Source: Octopus bimaculoides (taxonomy: Eukaryota). From it: a stretch of 41,002 bases of DNA. Both the position numbers and the translations under genes were made by a program. Under the pieces are notes generated by a model. That model saw only the letters and a list, made by a program, of their open reading frames with translations, was not told the origin of the DNA and ran no database searches. Numbering within the stretch: position 1 is the first letter of the stretch; each line of letters starts with the position of its first letter. The DNA is taken from assembly GCF_001194135.2 (NCBI RefSeq), contig NC_068996.1, positions 10,729,556-10,770,557 of the forward strand. Reading direction: 5' to 3'. Positions 24,901-36,111 of the stretch are shown here, in pieces.

Positions 24901-25085
24901 TGACAACCGATGCTGGTGTGTTTACGTCCCCGTAACTTAGCGGTTCGGCAAAAGAGACCGATAGAGTAAGTACTAGGATTACAAAAGAATAAGTCCTGGA
25001 GTCGATTTGCTCGACAAAAGGCGGTGCTCCAGCATGGCCATAGTCAAATGACTGAAGCAAGTAAAAGAGTAAAAGAGTAAGAGTA
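24901..25085 (+). mobile_element. 3' half of SINE family B with (gtaaaaga) tail; 5' part lost in gap
   Basis: tgacaaccgatgctggtgtgtttacgtccccgtaacttagcggttcggcaaaagagaccgatag...ccagcatggccatagtcaaatgactgaagcaagtaaaagagtaaaagag. Confidence 0.95.
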
Positions 25086-25641
25086 ACAATACCATGAAAA
25101 GGATCCTCAATGCGGCAACTCTACCTTCTGAATATAACTCATACATCTCCTTCGAATCATAATATACTGCCGAAAAGAAATCAAAAACGCACATCAAAGA
25201 ATGTGATCATTGGTAAACAATATCGGTCAGAAATAAGTATATCGATTAGCCAGCCTAGTTATACTAGTCTCTTTTTAAGTTAAACAGCAGTAACAACAAA
25301 AACTCTAAGTACATTCTTTCGATAACGTATTTTAATAAATACAATTTACCAGACTTCTAATTTTCAGCGCCCTTATATTTTCTTTCTTTCCACGGCGCAT
25401 GTAAACAAAATGGCTTCTTTACCACCATGGAACGTACAAATTTAAAAATTACTAAAAAGATTATTTTAAAATACTGATTTCAAATTTTGGCACAAAGCCA
25501 GAATAATAATAATTTTGCTATATCTACAAGACCTGAGATATTGCGGAATCTGAACTTAGGAGTGAAAGTAAATATCACAAACCATTTTTTCCGAGGCTTT
25601 AACTATTCTACAAATCTTCACTTTAGAATCTCATAAAATAT

Positions 25642-25849
25642 TGATTTCAAAATTTGGCACAATGCCAGCAAGTTCGGGGAAGGGGGTAAGTCGATTACAT
25701 CTGGTATTCTTCAACTGGTATTCTTCATATCGACCCCGAAGGGATGAAAAGCCAAGTCAACCCTTAAGGAATTTGAACTCAGAACAAGAAGACAGACGAA
25801 ATGCAGCAAAGCATTTTGTCCGATATGCTAACGCCAGCGCGCCGCCTTA
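25642..25849 (-). mobile_element. Meta-like SINE (family A), tail i
   Basis: full head-body-tail homology to the other family A copies. Confidence 0.9.
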
Positions 25850-26036
25850 GTTTCAAATTTTGGCACCAAGGCAGAAATTTAGGGGGAGGAGGAATGTTGA
25901 TTATATCGACCCCAGTGTTCAACTGGTACTTATTTCATCGACCCCGAAAGGATGAAAGTTAAACTCAACCTCGGCGGAATTTGAACTCAGGAGAACAGAC
26001 GAAATGCCTTTAAGCATTATGCCCGGCGAGATAACG
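25850..26036 (-). mobile_element. Meta-like SINE (family A), tail i, head truncated at aacg
   Basis: directly abuts neighbours on both sides. Confidence 0.9.
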
Positions 26037-26272
26037 TTTCTTATTTCTTTATTGCCCACAAGGGGTTAAACATAGAGGGTACAAACAAGGACAGACAAAG
26101 GGATTAAGTCGATTACATCGACCTCCGTGCGTAACTGGTATTTAATTTATCCACCCCGAAAGGATGAAAAGCAAAGTGGACCTCGGTGAAATTTGAACTC
26201 AGAACGTAACTGCAGACGAAATACAGCTAAGCATTTCGTCCGGCGTGCTAACGATTCTGTTAGCTCGCCGTC
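26037..26272 (-). mobile_element. Meta-like SINE (family A), tail type iii
   Basis: same head and body; different 3' end (tttcttatttctttattgcccacaaggggttaaacatagagggtacaaacaaggacagac on plus). Confidence 0.9.
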
Positions 26273-26939
26273 TTAGAAAATATCAAACGGAAATGTATAA
26301 CAAAAAGCCTTGCTCAATATATTTGCTGAGCCGACAGATGGTTTCGAAGGTGGTGGGCAGAATCCATTTGAGATCAGGTGTTTCTGAAATACAACTACGG
26401 TGAATGGACAAAAGAAAGAAGTTTCATTCAAAAGGAAACTGATTTTGCTTTTTTTTCTTTTCATTTTTGTTCTCATTTTTTTTTTCACCGTCTTCAAAGA
26501 CATTCAACAGGAAATAAATTGGAACGAACCAAATATGTTTCTATATGCTCGGAGGTGAACTTCAATGATATCTAAATCTATCTAATCACAGATGCGCAGG
26601 TGCTCAATCACACACACACACACACACACTCACACACACAAAATACTCACGCAAACACACACGCACCCGCGCGCACATGGAAACACACACAAAGTATGCG
26701 CGCACACACACATGCACGCACACACACGCATAAACGCACACATATACCAGCACACGCACACACAAGATACGTGTGCACACACACACATGTGTACGCTTAC
26801 ACACACAAACATACACAAACACACGCACACAAAATACACACACACATACACACTGACCCACGACCACTGACATGTATAGAAACAGGTGTGTTATTATCGA
26901 AGCCATCCATACATTATGAATTTCTTCATAGATATGTTA

Positions 26940-27294
26940 TTTTTTACTTGTTTCAATCATTAGATTGCGACCATGCTGGGGCATCGCCCTCAAAAATTCT
27001 TAGTCGAATGAATCAACCCCAGTACTCATTATTTTTGTTTCATACCTGGTATGAAAATTTTACGGGGACGTAAATACAATACCGGTTGTCAAGCGGTGAC
27101 GGGACAGGACACACAGACACACACGTATATGTATAGATATAGAACAGGCTTGTTTCAGTTTCCTTCTACCATATCCACTCACAATGCTTTGGTCAGCCTG
27201 AGGCTATAGTAGAAGACACTTGCCTAAGGTGCCACGCAATGGAACTGAACTCCGAATATTGTGATTGGGAAGGAATCTTCTTACTACACAGCCA
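26940..27294 (-). mobile_element. near full-length SINE family B, diverged
   Basis: tacttgtttcaatcattag...accatgctgggg...ggggacgtaaatac...ggttgtcaagcg...atccactcacaatgctttggtc...aggtgccacgcaatggaactgaac...cacagcca. Confidence 0.88.
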
Positions 27295-28063
27295 GTTAGT
27301 TTCAGGTTTTTTTGTTCGTTTTTTTTTTCCATTTTTATTTCCCTCAGCTTTTCGTACCTTTAATCAATTACCTGTCTTGTTGCTTGCTTTTCACTATATT
27401 GTTTTCCTGCTTGTCGAACACGCAACTGCCCCCTGGACAGCTATGTCCAATTTTAAACAGGTATATTTTTACTTCGCATTTTACTATTGTATAACATATT
27501 GTTTATTCTTTGATTAGATCGAGTAAGTAGTCGTCTCATCTACTTACTACTTACGTAAATTATATTTTTATATAATTTGAAGTCGCTAAAGACGTTTTTG
27601 TCTTCAGTGGGGTACTTTTTAATTTATGCGTCTCGAGACTTTCTCTTTATAACAAGCTTAATTGCTTTTCCGTTGTTGCTAGATTTGCTGTAATTCCACT
27701 CCTATTTCCATTTCTTTTGCATTGTCGTATATCTTCACTTGTTTATAGTAAGGATCAGTTTCTCAAAATGAATTTAGTGTGATATCTACAGCGTGATATC
27801 TATCAATTTAAAGTTTCTATTTATTAGCATACTGTTTCGTGACTAAACCATTTTTATTTATTTGTTTTTTATCTTTGTCTGTAGTGATGAGAAGTCATAT
27901 CGAAGAATATTTTATGTTAAGGGATGATAAAGTCAGTTTTAGCGTTTACCATATTTGAGGGTAACCCACACGATTAATGGAAAAACAGCTTTTTTTCTAT
28001 GCATTGTATGCAAGGACAGAGCAGGGATTATCGCACGTATAGGGCTATAAACACATGCATAAA

Positions 28064-28144
28064 TACATACATACGTACATACATACATACATACATACAT
28101 ACATACATACATACATACATACATACATACATACATACATACAT
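28064..28144. repeat. (ACAT)n microsatellite, 5' flank of LINE fragment
   Basis: direct reading. Confidence 0.97.
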
Positions 28145-28146
28145 AA

Positions 28147-28441
28147 TATCCGGACTATGAATTCATATTCATACCAATAATTGGAGCATTAGGTTTTGTT
28201 AGTAAGTACTTAAAGGAGAATCTGGATAAACTGGAATTTTCAGGAAGAGAAATTGACCAGCTAATTCGTATATTACAAGTGCAATCTGTGAGTGGAACAG
28301 TAAAAATATGCAAGACTTTTCTCAAATTCCAAATGTGAATTTGTCTGTGTTAACCACATCCCAAAGATGGAGCCTTGTATCTTTATTGGGAACCGGATCT
28401 CTCATCAGTGGAGGATTTATAATAATTAAAAAATAGATGAG
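28147..28441 (+). mobile_element. 5'-truncated R4/Dong-like LINE: C-terminus of ORF (RLE region) plus 3' UTR
   Basis: YPDYEFIFIPIIGALGFVSKYLKENLDKLEFSGREIDQLIRILQVQSVSGTVKICKTFLKFQM* (28147-28338) fits the PII.GALG...L..LG.....LQ.....GT..I RLE-LINE terminus; followed by about 100 bp of UTR and (ACAT)n 28442-28469. Confidence 0.85.
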
Positions 28442-28470
28442 ACATACATACATACATACATACATACATG

Positions 28471-28928
28471 AAAACCCGGAAGATACTAACAAGCACACAT
28501 AATTTCCACATAAACAATGATATAGACCGCCTCTACCTAAAACGAAACAAGGAAACAGGGGCTTAACATAGATTTAAAATGACTTTGAGTATTGTATCAT
28601 ATCCGCCTGGCAACATCTTCTAGCCACCAAGCATCGAAGTGCATTCTTTGACCAAGTTTACAAACATGAGGCTGATAATATCATAAGACTTGGAAGGCAG
28701 CTCCTTGAGCAGCATTCCTTGTCTGATAACTTTAAATACATGCCCAAAGAAGTCGCACGGTTCTACCGTAACGTATCATCAGATGAAAAGATGAGCTTAT
28801 ATGAGCAGAAGACCATGCATGGATAAGTTAGTAGGAAAGTCCAAGATGATAGTGACATTGATCATCAAAGCAGTCTATCATGGACCAATAACAGGATTAC
28901 TATCTCTTACTTTGAAGGATATGCGTTC
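28471..28928 (+). mobile_element. R4/Dong-like LINE internal fragment (post-RT region), frameshifted
   Basis: KTRKILTSTHNFHINNDIDRLYLKRN/GNRGLT*...EQKTMHG*VSRKVQDDSDIDHQSSLSWTNNRITISYFEGYAF matches the KTRK.LT...H..SD.DRLY..R..GGRGL ... K.MHG ... ID...S..W ... EG pattern. Confidence 0.88.
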
Positions 28929-29608
28929 TTGTAAGCTGTCCGAAGCATAACAACTGTTTCGGCCGCCGTTTTGCCCAGCAGAAAACAGAATTTCATGGAA
29001 GCATGCTGTTCTTTCGTTTCAGCCATCGAAAAAATCGACGAACAAAGGAAAAGCATTGCAGAACAAAGACGCACCAGGTGGAAGTAAGAGTATACAAGTC
29101 GACGCCGATCGTCAGACTGATGCCTGAGGGTCGCATCAAGTGGCTTCTAGTGGTGGAAACCTGAACTACAATGGGTTTGCCCCACAGAGAACATTTCCGA
29201 TTACTTTCGGCTACCCACTCCGACATTATATATGAATTCGATTTCGAATCTTGCACATTGCATCATAAAACTCGTTCACAGGTATCGGTTATCAGGTAAA
29301 GTTTCACACAAAAAAAATGAAAAAACAAACGATCGTATTCCTGAAAATACCCCGGGAAGTTTATGAATATCCGTATACATAAAAGCATGTAAACAAGAAA
29401 GACCGGATTAAGCAGACGCAATTTGTTGCTTACATCTACAATTATTCCATCTTCGCTTTACCAGCAGATATTGAAATATCATTAGATGATGGAATAAATA
29501 TATTAAATATAATACATGGCATCAGTATTATTTGAGCAACATTGGTAAATGAAGACCCGTACCTGCGTGTATAATGCGTCTTGGTATGTTTATAGGTGGA
29601 AACATATA

Positions 29609-29674
<66 letters not shown>

Positions 29675-29694
29675 NNNNNNNNNNNAAACATATA

Positions 29695-29766
<72 letters not shown>

Positions 29767-29773
29767 CGTGCGC

Positions 29774-30164
29774 GCAGGCGTGGCTGTCTGGTAAGTAGCG
29801 TTCTTACCAACCACATGGTTCTGGGTTCAGTCCCACTGCGTAGCACCTTCGGCAAGAGTCTTCCACTATAGCTTCGGGCCGACCAAAGCCTTGTGAGTGG
29901 ATTTGGTAGACGGAAACTGAAAGAAACCCGTCGTGTATATATGTATATATTTATGTGTGTGTATATGTTTGTGTGTCTGTGTTTGCCCCCACAACATCGT
30001 TTGACAACCGATGCTGGTACGTTTACGTCACCGTAACTTATCGGTTCGGCAAAAGAGACCGATAGAACAAGTACTAAGCTTACAAAGTATAAGTCCTGGG
30101 ATCGATTTGTTCGACTAAAAGTGGTGCTCCAGCATGGCTGCAATCAAATGACTGAAACAAGTAA
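29774..30164 (+). mobile_element. full-length SINE family B (tRNA head, CORE-like segment, internal TA/TG microsatellite, LINE-derived tail)
   Basis: gcaggcgtggctgtctggtaag (A box), gggttcagtccc (B box), gcaccttcggcaagagtctt, ...ccagcatggctgcaatcaaatgactgaaacaagtaa. Confidence 0.95.
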
Positions 30165-30289
30165 NNNNNNNNNNATATATGGGTGTATGTGTATATGTAT
30201 GTACACACACACACACACCCACCTCCGACTTCTCCTCTTAAATACTTCCTCTTAATAGCGGGAACTCTTCCCTTTCATGTTTCTTCCGT

Positions 30290-30453
30290 ACCCAGTCCAC
30301 CCTGTAAAGTGGCTGGCGTTAGGAAGAGCATCCAGCCGTAGAAATCATGCCAAAGACGAGGCTGGAGCTCGACGTAGACCTGCAGTTCACCGGTTCCTTG
30401 TCAAAATGTCCAAACCGTGCTAGCATGGAAAGCGAATATTTGATGATGATGAT
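30290..30453 (+). mobile_element. 3' part of another SINE/LINE-like retroposon with (GAT)n tail
   Basis: gtggctggcgttaggaagagcatccagccgtagaaa...gtccaaaccgtgctagcatggaaagcg then (GAT)n; family assignment from recall only. Confidence 0.55.
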
Positions 30454-30558
30454 ACAGTTGATGGAGAGGAAGCGGGGGAGAACGAGGGCGATGACGATGA
30501 TGACGATGAAGATGATGACGATGAAGATGATGACGATGACGACGACAATATATGTATG

Positions 30559-30609
30559 CTAGACAACCCGTGACCCTTTGGGTCACCAAAAAACTGAGTT
30601 TCTCAGTTT
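30559..30609 (-). mobile_element. putative Helitron 3' terminus (hairpin plus CTAG) with second internal hairpin
   Basis: minus strand: gtgacccaaagggtcac hairpin, 7 nt, then CTAG; second hairpin aaactgag-ttt-ctcagttt at 30591-30609. Confidence 0.5.
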
Positions 30610-30699
30610 CGTGGGGTTTTTTTTTTCCAGGCTTTTTCGAATGTTTTCAACGATTGTGACATTGAAATCACGCGTAAACGTCTCCTTTCCCCAGAAAAG

Positions 30700-30818
30700 A
30701 AAGATTTGGCTGCTATTTCTTGCACACCCTGCTACCACATAACAGGTATTTCGGGTTCTTTATTGCAACTGGCTGTTACGTGATAACAAGGCGTGCTAGA
30801 AATAGCAGCTAAATCTTT
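30700..30818. repeat. 46-bp inverted repeat (39/46 Watson-Crick) with 27-nt spacer; MITE-like
   Basis: arms 30700-30745 and 30773-30818 compared by hand. Confidence 0.9.
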
Positions 30819-31220
30819 GGAGATGAGATACGTTGAATGCACTCGAAAAAACACCCATGGAAAAAAAAACTATTTAATACCGTGGTTAGGAACGGATCTT
30901 TTACGAAATATTTACCATATTTTTAAAGTCATTTTCCCTTTAAAATATTTTTTAAATATGCCAAAAATATTTGTAATAGTATTCACTTAAAGATAACTTT
31001 AAAAACATTAAAATATTGTCTGTTCAAATAAAGCTAAAATATAAATGCATACTGTATAAACAACTTACATTTTTGAAATCACATTCACTTAAAAATATTT
31101 CTAAATGATTAAAATACTGTGTTTAACAAAAGCGAAAATAGAAACATTTACTGTAAAAAAAATCGTATTTTTTGGTTGTCAAATCACTGTCTAATCGAAA
31201 GGTTAGAGTTTCTTCCCTAT

Positions 31221-31252
31221 ATGAAGCTATATTCGGATGAAGCTATATTCGG
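31221..31252. repeat. 16-bp perfect tandem duplication atgaagctatattcgg
   Basis: direct reading. Confidence 0.9.
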
Positions 31253-32105
31253 AACATTTTCCCCATTATTCACCGTTTTGGGTATTTATACACCCAAGTC
31301 CCGAATATCTCAATAACTACTGTTCCGATTTACGCGAAACTTGTTTCATTTCGTTCGTATTCACATTTCAGAGTAAACTTAATTCACAGTATTTTCCCAC
31401 TATGCGCCAGTTTGGCTGAGTAACATTGCAAGCAAGCAAGATTCAAACTAACTTTTAACGTATTATAGATAAATATATGTTGCTGCTGCCGCTACATTTG
31501 TTGTTTGTTCTTCCTAGCTCCGTGTCATCCCTAATCACACAGGCTCATGATCAAATATACTCCATCCATGAAGGATTCCTAAATTTTCCTTCAAATACAG
31601 AATATATTTGACAACATACTTCAATATACACTTCTCTTATAAAGAAAATAGGCTATAATTTAAAAGAGACTTGTATGGTATTTCTAGCAGATCATGTGAC
31701 CACATACAGCCTGTTTATTTGGTCGCAGCTAAGATTATTTTTCAGTCTGGCAAATTTAATGTTGCGTTTAATTATAATCTAGATCTGCTTTATCATCTGT
31801 TATGTATTTAGAAATCATTTTTGTTTCAGAAGTAAAAAAGAAAAAAAGATATTTTTTTTATTACTTACAGTTTTATATTTTAATGATTGTCTCTTGAGAA
31901 TTCTTGCTGTTGACGAAAACATTCTCTTTAGTTCATTTTAGAATTTGGTCAATATATTTTCGTGCGTATATGCACATCTACACACAAACATATGTATATA
32001 GATAAGTAGACGGATAAAACTATATATAAATTCATTTATGTATGTGTATACGTATACATGCTTGCCTGCATGTATGTGTGCATGCAAACATGTTTGCAAA
32101 TATGT

Positions 32106-32162
<57 letters not shown>

Positions 32163-32707
32163 TATACAACCATGTAAATATATAGAAATACATGGCGGAA
32201 ACGAAAATGATATCACATAACGGAAGTATTAATCTTGAGTTAATATTAAATACATCTTCGCTCTGATAAGGATTCTTACATTCTCTCAGTTGTGCGACTT
32301 TATAATTCAGGGACTTGATATGATGGGTTCAACTTTATGTAGACAACCGTTCATCTACTTCTGCCTCTCTCTTTCNNNNNNNNNNNNNNNNNNNNNNNNN
32401 NNNNNNNNNNNNNNNNNNNNNNNNNNNNNNNNNNNNNNNNNNNNNNNNNNNNNNNNNNNNNNNNNNNNNNNNNNNNNNNNNNNNNNNNNNNNNNNNNNNN
32501 NNNNNNNNNNNNNNNNNNNNNNNNNNNNNNNNNNNNNNNNNNNNNNNNNNNNNNNNNNNNNNNNNNNNNNNNNNNNNNNNNNNNNNNNNNNNNNNNNNNN
32601 NNNNNNNNNNNNNNNNNNNNNNNNNNNNNNNNNNNNNNNNNNNNNNNNNNNNNNNNNNNNNNNNNNNNNNNNNNNNNNNNNNNNNNNNNNNNNNNNNNNN
32701 NNNNNNN

Positions 32708-32752
<45 letters not shown>

Positions 32753-33178
32753 GTATGCATGAATGTATGTGTGTTTTTTTTCTATTCGTGTTTGTCCTCC
32801 ATCACTTGTTTACGGCCCACCAAATTATCCGTTCGGCAAAAGTGAGCGATTAAATAAGCGACAAACTTCAAAAAAGTAAGTGCTCGGCTCGAATTTTTCT
32901 ACAAATCAATGCAAAATTATGCCCCATCATGGGCGTCATCCAATGTCTCACACAACTAAAAGATAATCGATATATTTATGTCTTGGCTAGTCCATTATAC
33001 TGTACCATCTGTTGTTGATGCTCCAATTCGGAAGTTTTGGAGTAATGGGGAGTGTAGAGTCAACCTTTCATTATCATTACTCTCAGGTTAGTCCTGACCC
33101 CAAACGGTAGTGCCTGTCAAGGTCCCAACTATTGGTTAAATAAATTTCCCGAGGTTAATGGAACTGTCTTTACCATGC

Positions 33179-33251
33179 ACGGGTCTCTTCACCTTCTTAG
33201 CTTGTTATAACATTTCGAAGTCTAACGAGCTAAGAAGGTGAACAGACCCGT
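33179..33251 (+). repeat. 29-bp inverted repeat (27/29 WC, 1 U-G, 1 C:C) with 15-nt loop; pre-miRNA-like hairpin
   Basis: acgggtctcttcaccttcttagcttgtta / taacgagctaagaaggtgaacagacccgt. Confidence 0.92.
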
Positions 33252-33814
33252 ATACTTGGACTGAAAAGAGCTACACGCACCACGACAGAAATAGTAAAAA
33301 ATGTATTTTTTCTTTCTCTTCATCTTTTTCTCTTTCTTCACTCCTTTTACTCTTAGAAAAATTCAATATGACACAACATTCAATGATGGACATTTGTTAT
33401 GATCTTCAATGAACATTTACGTTCATATTATTATCTATCCCCGTGGAAATTTTTTGAAATTTCTGTGAACATTTCAACATTTGAGCGTTCTAACATGATT
33501 TTCCGAATTTTACCTTGAAACTTTGAACTTTCCTAAACCCTTAATTTGTTTGTTCTTACCATTGATAAGCAAAATATTATCTCTCCCTTTGTCTGTCTCT
33601 CTCTGTCTCCCTCGCTTTCCCTCTCCGATTCTATACCTAGCTTATGGAATCCTTACTCAATACCGTGATCCACATGCTTGGATATTCTAGGAACAGCTGT
33701 AAGAGACTCTACCTTTTTTATCATAACTATATTGCACCATGTTCATATTCTCTATTTAAACTAAACGCTTTTATCGAGTGATGCCAAAAGATTCTACTTT
33801 ATTATTTTCTATTT

Positions 33815-33849
<35 letters not shown>

Positions 33850-34003
33850 TATATNNNNNNNNNNNNNNNNNNNNNNNNNNNNNNNNNNNNNNNNNNNNNN
33901 NNNNNNNNNNNNNNNNNNNNNNNNNNNNNNNNNNNNNNNNNNNNNNNNNNNNNNATAATAATAATAATAATAATAATAATCATCATCATCATAATAATAA
34001 TAA

Positions 34004-34160
34004 TGGTTTAAAATTTTGGCACAAGGCCAGCAATTTCGGGTAAGGGAGCATGTCGATTATTTCGACCCCAGTATTCAAATGGTATTTATTTTATAGACTC
34101 CCACGGAATGAAAGGCTAAGTCTACCTCGGCGAAATTTGAACTCAGAACGTAAAGACAAA
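34004..34160 (-). mobile_element. 5'-truncated family A SINE with (ATT/ATG)n tail
   Basis: tggtttaaaattttggcacaaggccagcaatt...tctacctcggcgaaatttgaactcagaacgtaaagac. Confidence 0.88.
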
Positions 34161-34770
34161 TTATTATTTGTGCTGATTTCATCAAGAAATTCCAACAGAG
34201 TGGTGTTTTAGTGCGGCTGCAGTGTGAAGATTGGTACAGCTAAAACGGTAAAACATATTCATGATTAGAATACATTTCTTCCTTGTATTATACGAATTGC
34301 GCTGTTTGATTTTTCAATGGCCGTTGTATCCGTCATGCCTCTGTGATTACATTTCTCCTTGTATTCTTATACAGCTTGCTCTACTCTCATACAGGAGTGT
34401 CCAACATTAACCGATATTTCTTTGACTTTTAGGATGTGTTGTATTTGTTATATACTTTATTGGTGAAATAATTTTTGTTGAACTCACAATAGTTAATTGA
34501 GTTTCCCCTGACGATTAACCAAAGGTTATGAAAGTGTTAATAACACAACAACATATGCATTTAGTGAAAACAATAGCGCTGACTATATTAGAAAACGCTG
34601 GTCGGTTGATACGGAAAGACAACAGATATCATTAACAAAGTGATCGTTGTTTAAAACATGAAAGATAAAGCCAATTTATGCGCAACATATAGGACAGCGA
34701 AACATACGCACACACACAAACATAAGCACACATGCATACATGCGCGCACGCACATATATGACGCACAGGC

Positions 34771-34946
34771 GCAAGAGTGGCTGTGTAGTAAGAAGCTTGC
34801 TTCTCGATCACATGGTTCGAGGTTCAGTCCCACTGCATGGCACTTTTGGGCGCGTATCTTCTACTATAGCCTCGGACTAATCAAAGCCTAGTGAGTTGAT
34901 TTGGTAGACAGAAACTGAAAGAACACCGTTGTATATATATATATAT
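34771..34946 (+). mobile_element. 5' half of SINE family B (runs into gap)
   Basis: gcaagagtggctgtgtagtaagaagcttgc...ggttcagtcccactgcatggcac...gatttggtagacagaaactgaaag then (TA)n. Confidence 0.92.
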
Positions 34947-35610
34947 NNNNNNNNNNNNNNNNNNNNNNNNNNNNNNNNNNNNNNNNNNNNNNNNNNNNNN
35001 NNNNNNNNNNNNNNNNNNNNNNNNNNNNNNNNNNNNNNNNNNNNNNNNNNNNNNNNNNNNNNNNNNNNNNNNNNNNNNNNNNNNNNNNNNNNNNNNNNNN
35101 NNNNNNNNNNNNNNNNNNNNNNNNNNNNNNNNNNNNNNNNNNNNNNNNNNNNNNNNNNNNNNNNNNNNNNNNNNNNNNNNNNNNNNNNNNNNNNNNNNNN
35201 NNNNNNNNNNNNNNNNNNNNNNNNNNNNNNNNNNNNNNNNNNNNNNNNNNNNNNNNNNNNNNNNNNNNNNNNNNNNNNNNNNNNNNNNNNNNNNNNNNNN
35301 NNNNNNNNNNNNNNNNNNNNNNNNNNNNNNNNNNNNNNNNNNNNNNNNNNNNNNNNNNNNNNNNNNNNNNNNNNNNNNNNNNNNNNNNNNNNNNNNNNNN
35401 NNNNNNNNNNNNNNNNNNNNNNNNNNNNNNNNNNNNNNNNNNNNNNNNNNNNNNNNNNNNNNNNNNNNNNNNNNNNNNNNNNNNNNNNNNNNNNNNNNNN
35501 NNNNNNNNNNNNNNNNNNNCTTAAACATATAAAAGATAATATATATAGTATAAATAAAATAGATGGAATGTGTAATAGATTTTATTGGGCACATTTTTTA
35601 TTTTTTCTCC

Positions 35611-35651
<41 letters not shown>

Positions 35652-35789
35652 CACAGGAATTTTCAATGGCCGGATAACTGAAGAGATGTTGGCGTGGGTT
35701 CTCACCCCGATATCTGAAACTCGGAGTTTTATCATGGCTACCGAATAAGTCTCACATATTTTCACAGAGAGAGATATATACATATATAT

Positions 35790-35877
35790 TCTTTTATTAT
35801 TTTACTTGTTTCAGTCCTGTGACTGCGGCCATGCTGGTGCAATGGAATTCTTCCAATTTCCGTCTAGCAAATCCACC
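35790..35877 (-). mobile_element. internally deleted SINE family B
   Basis: ttacttgtttcagtcctgtgactgcggccatgctgg (3' tail) juxtaposed to tttccgtctagcaaatccac (5'-half motif). Confidence 0.75.
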
Positions 35878-36111
35878 GAAAATTTCATATGAAATAGCTA
35901 AATTGCAGGGATCATTCGCAACAGATTTGAAAGGTCTTTAAAACGAAATATGTGACCCCTAGAGTATATCAGAATATATGTACTTTGTATTAAGAAGGAG
36001 AAAAAGAATATTTAAGAAGCCGTGGCACCTACGGGCAACAGACTATTATCTAACAAAAATTACGGGTATCTACAAATAAACAACATAAATATTGATCGAG
36101 GCCATTTCAAC

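Noticed and set aside
28395-28415. Minus-strand CTGATGA in the LINE 3' UTR (also about 28780)
   Set aside because: The hammerhead core cannot be completed; better explained as part of a plus-strand UTR stem or coding sequence.
28993-29256. 87-aa minus-strand ORF
   Set aside because: TTG start, no recognisable motif, overlaps an equally weak plus-strand candidate.
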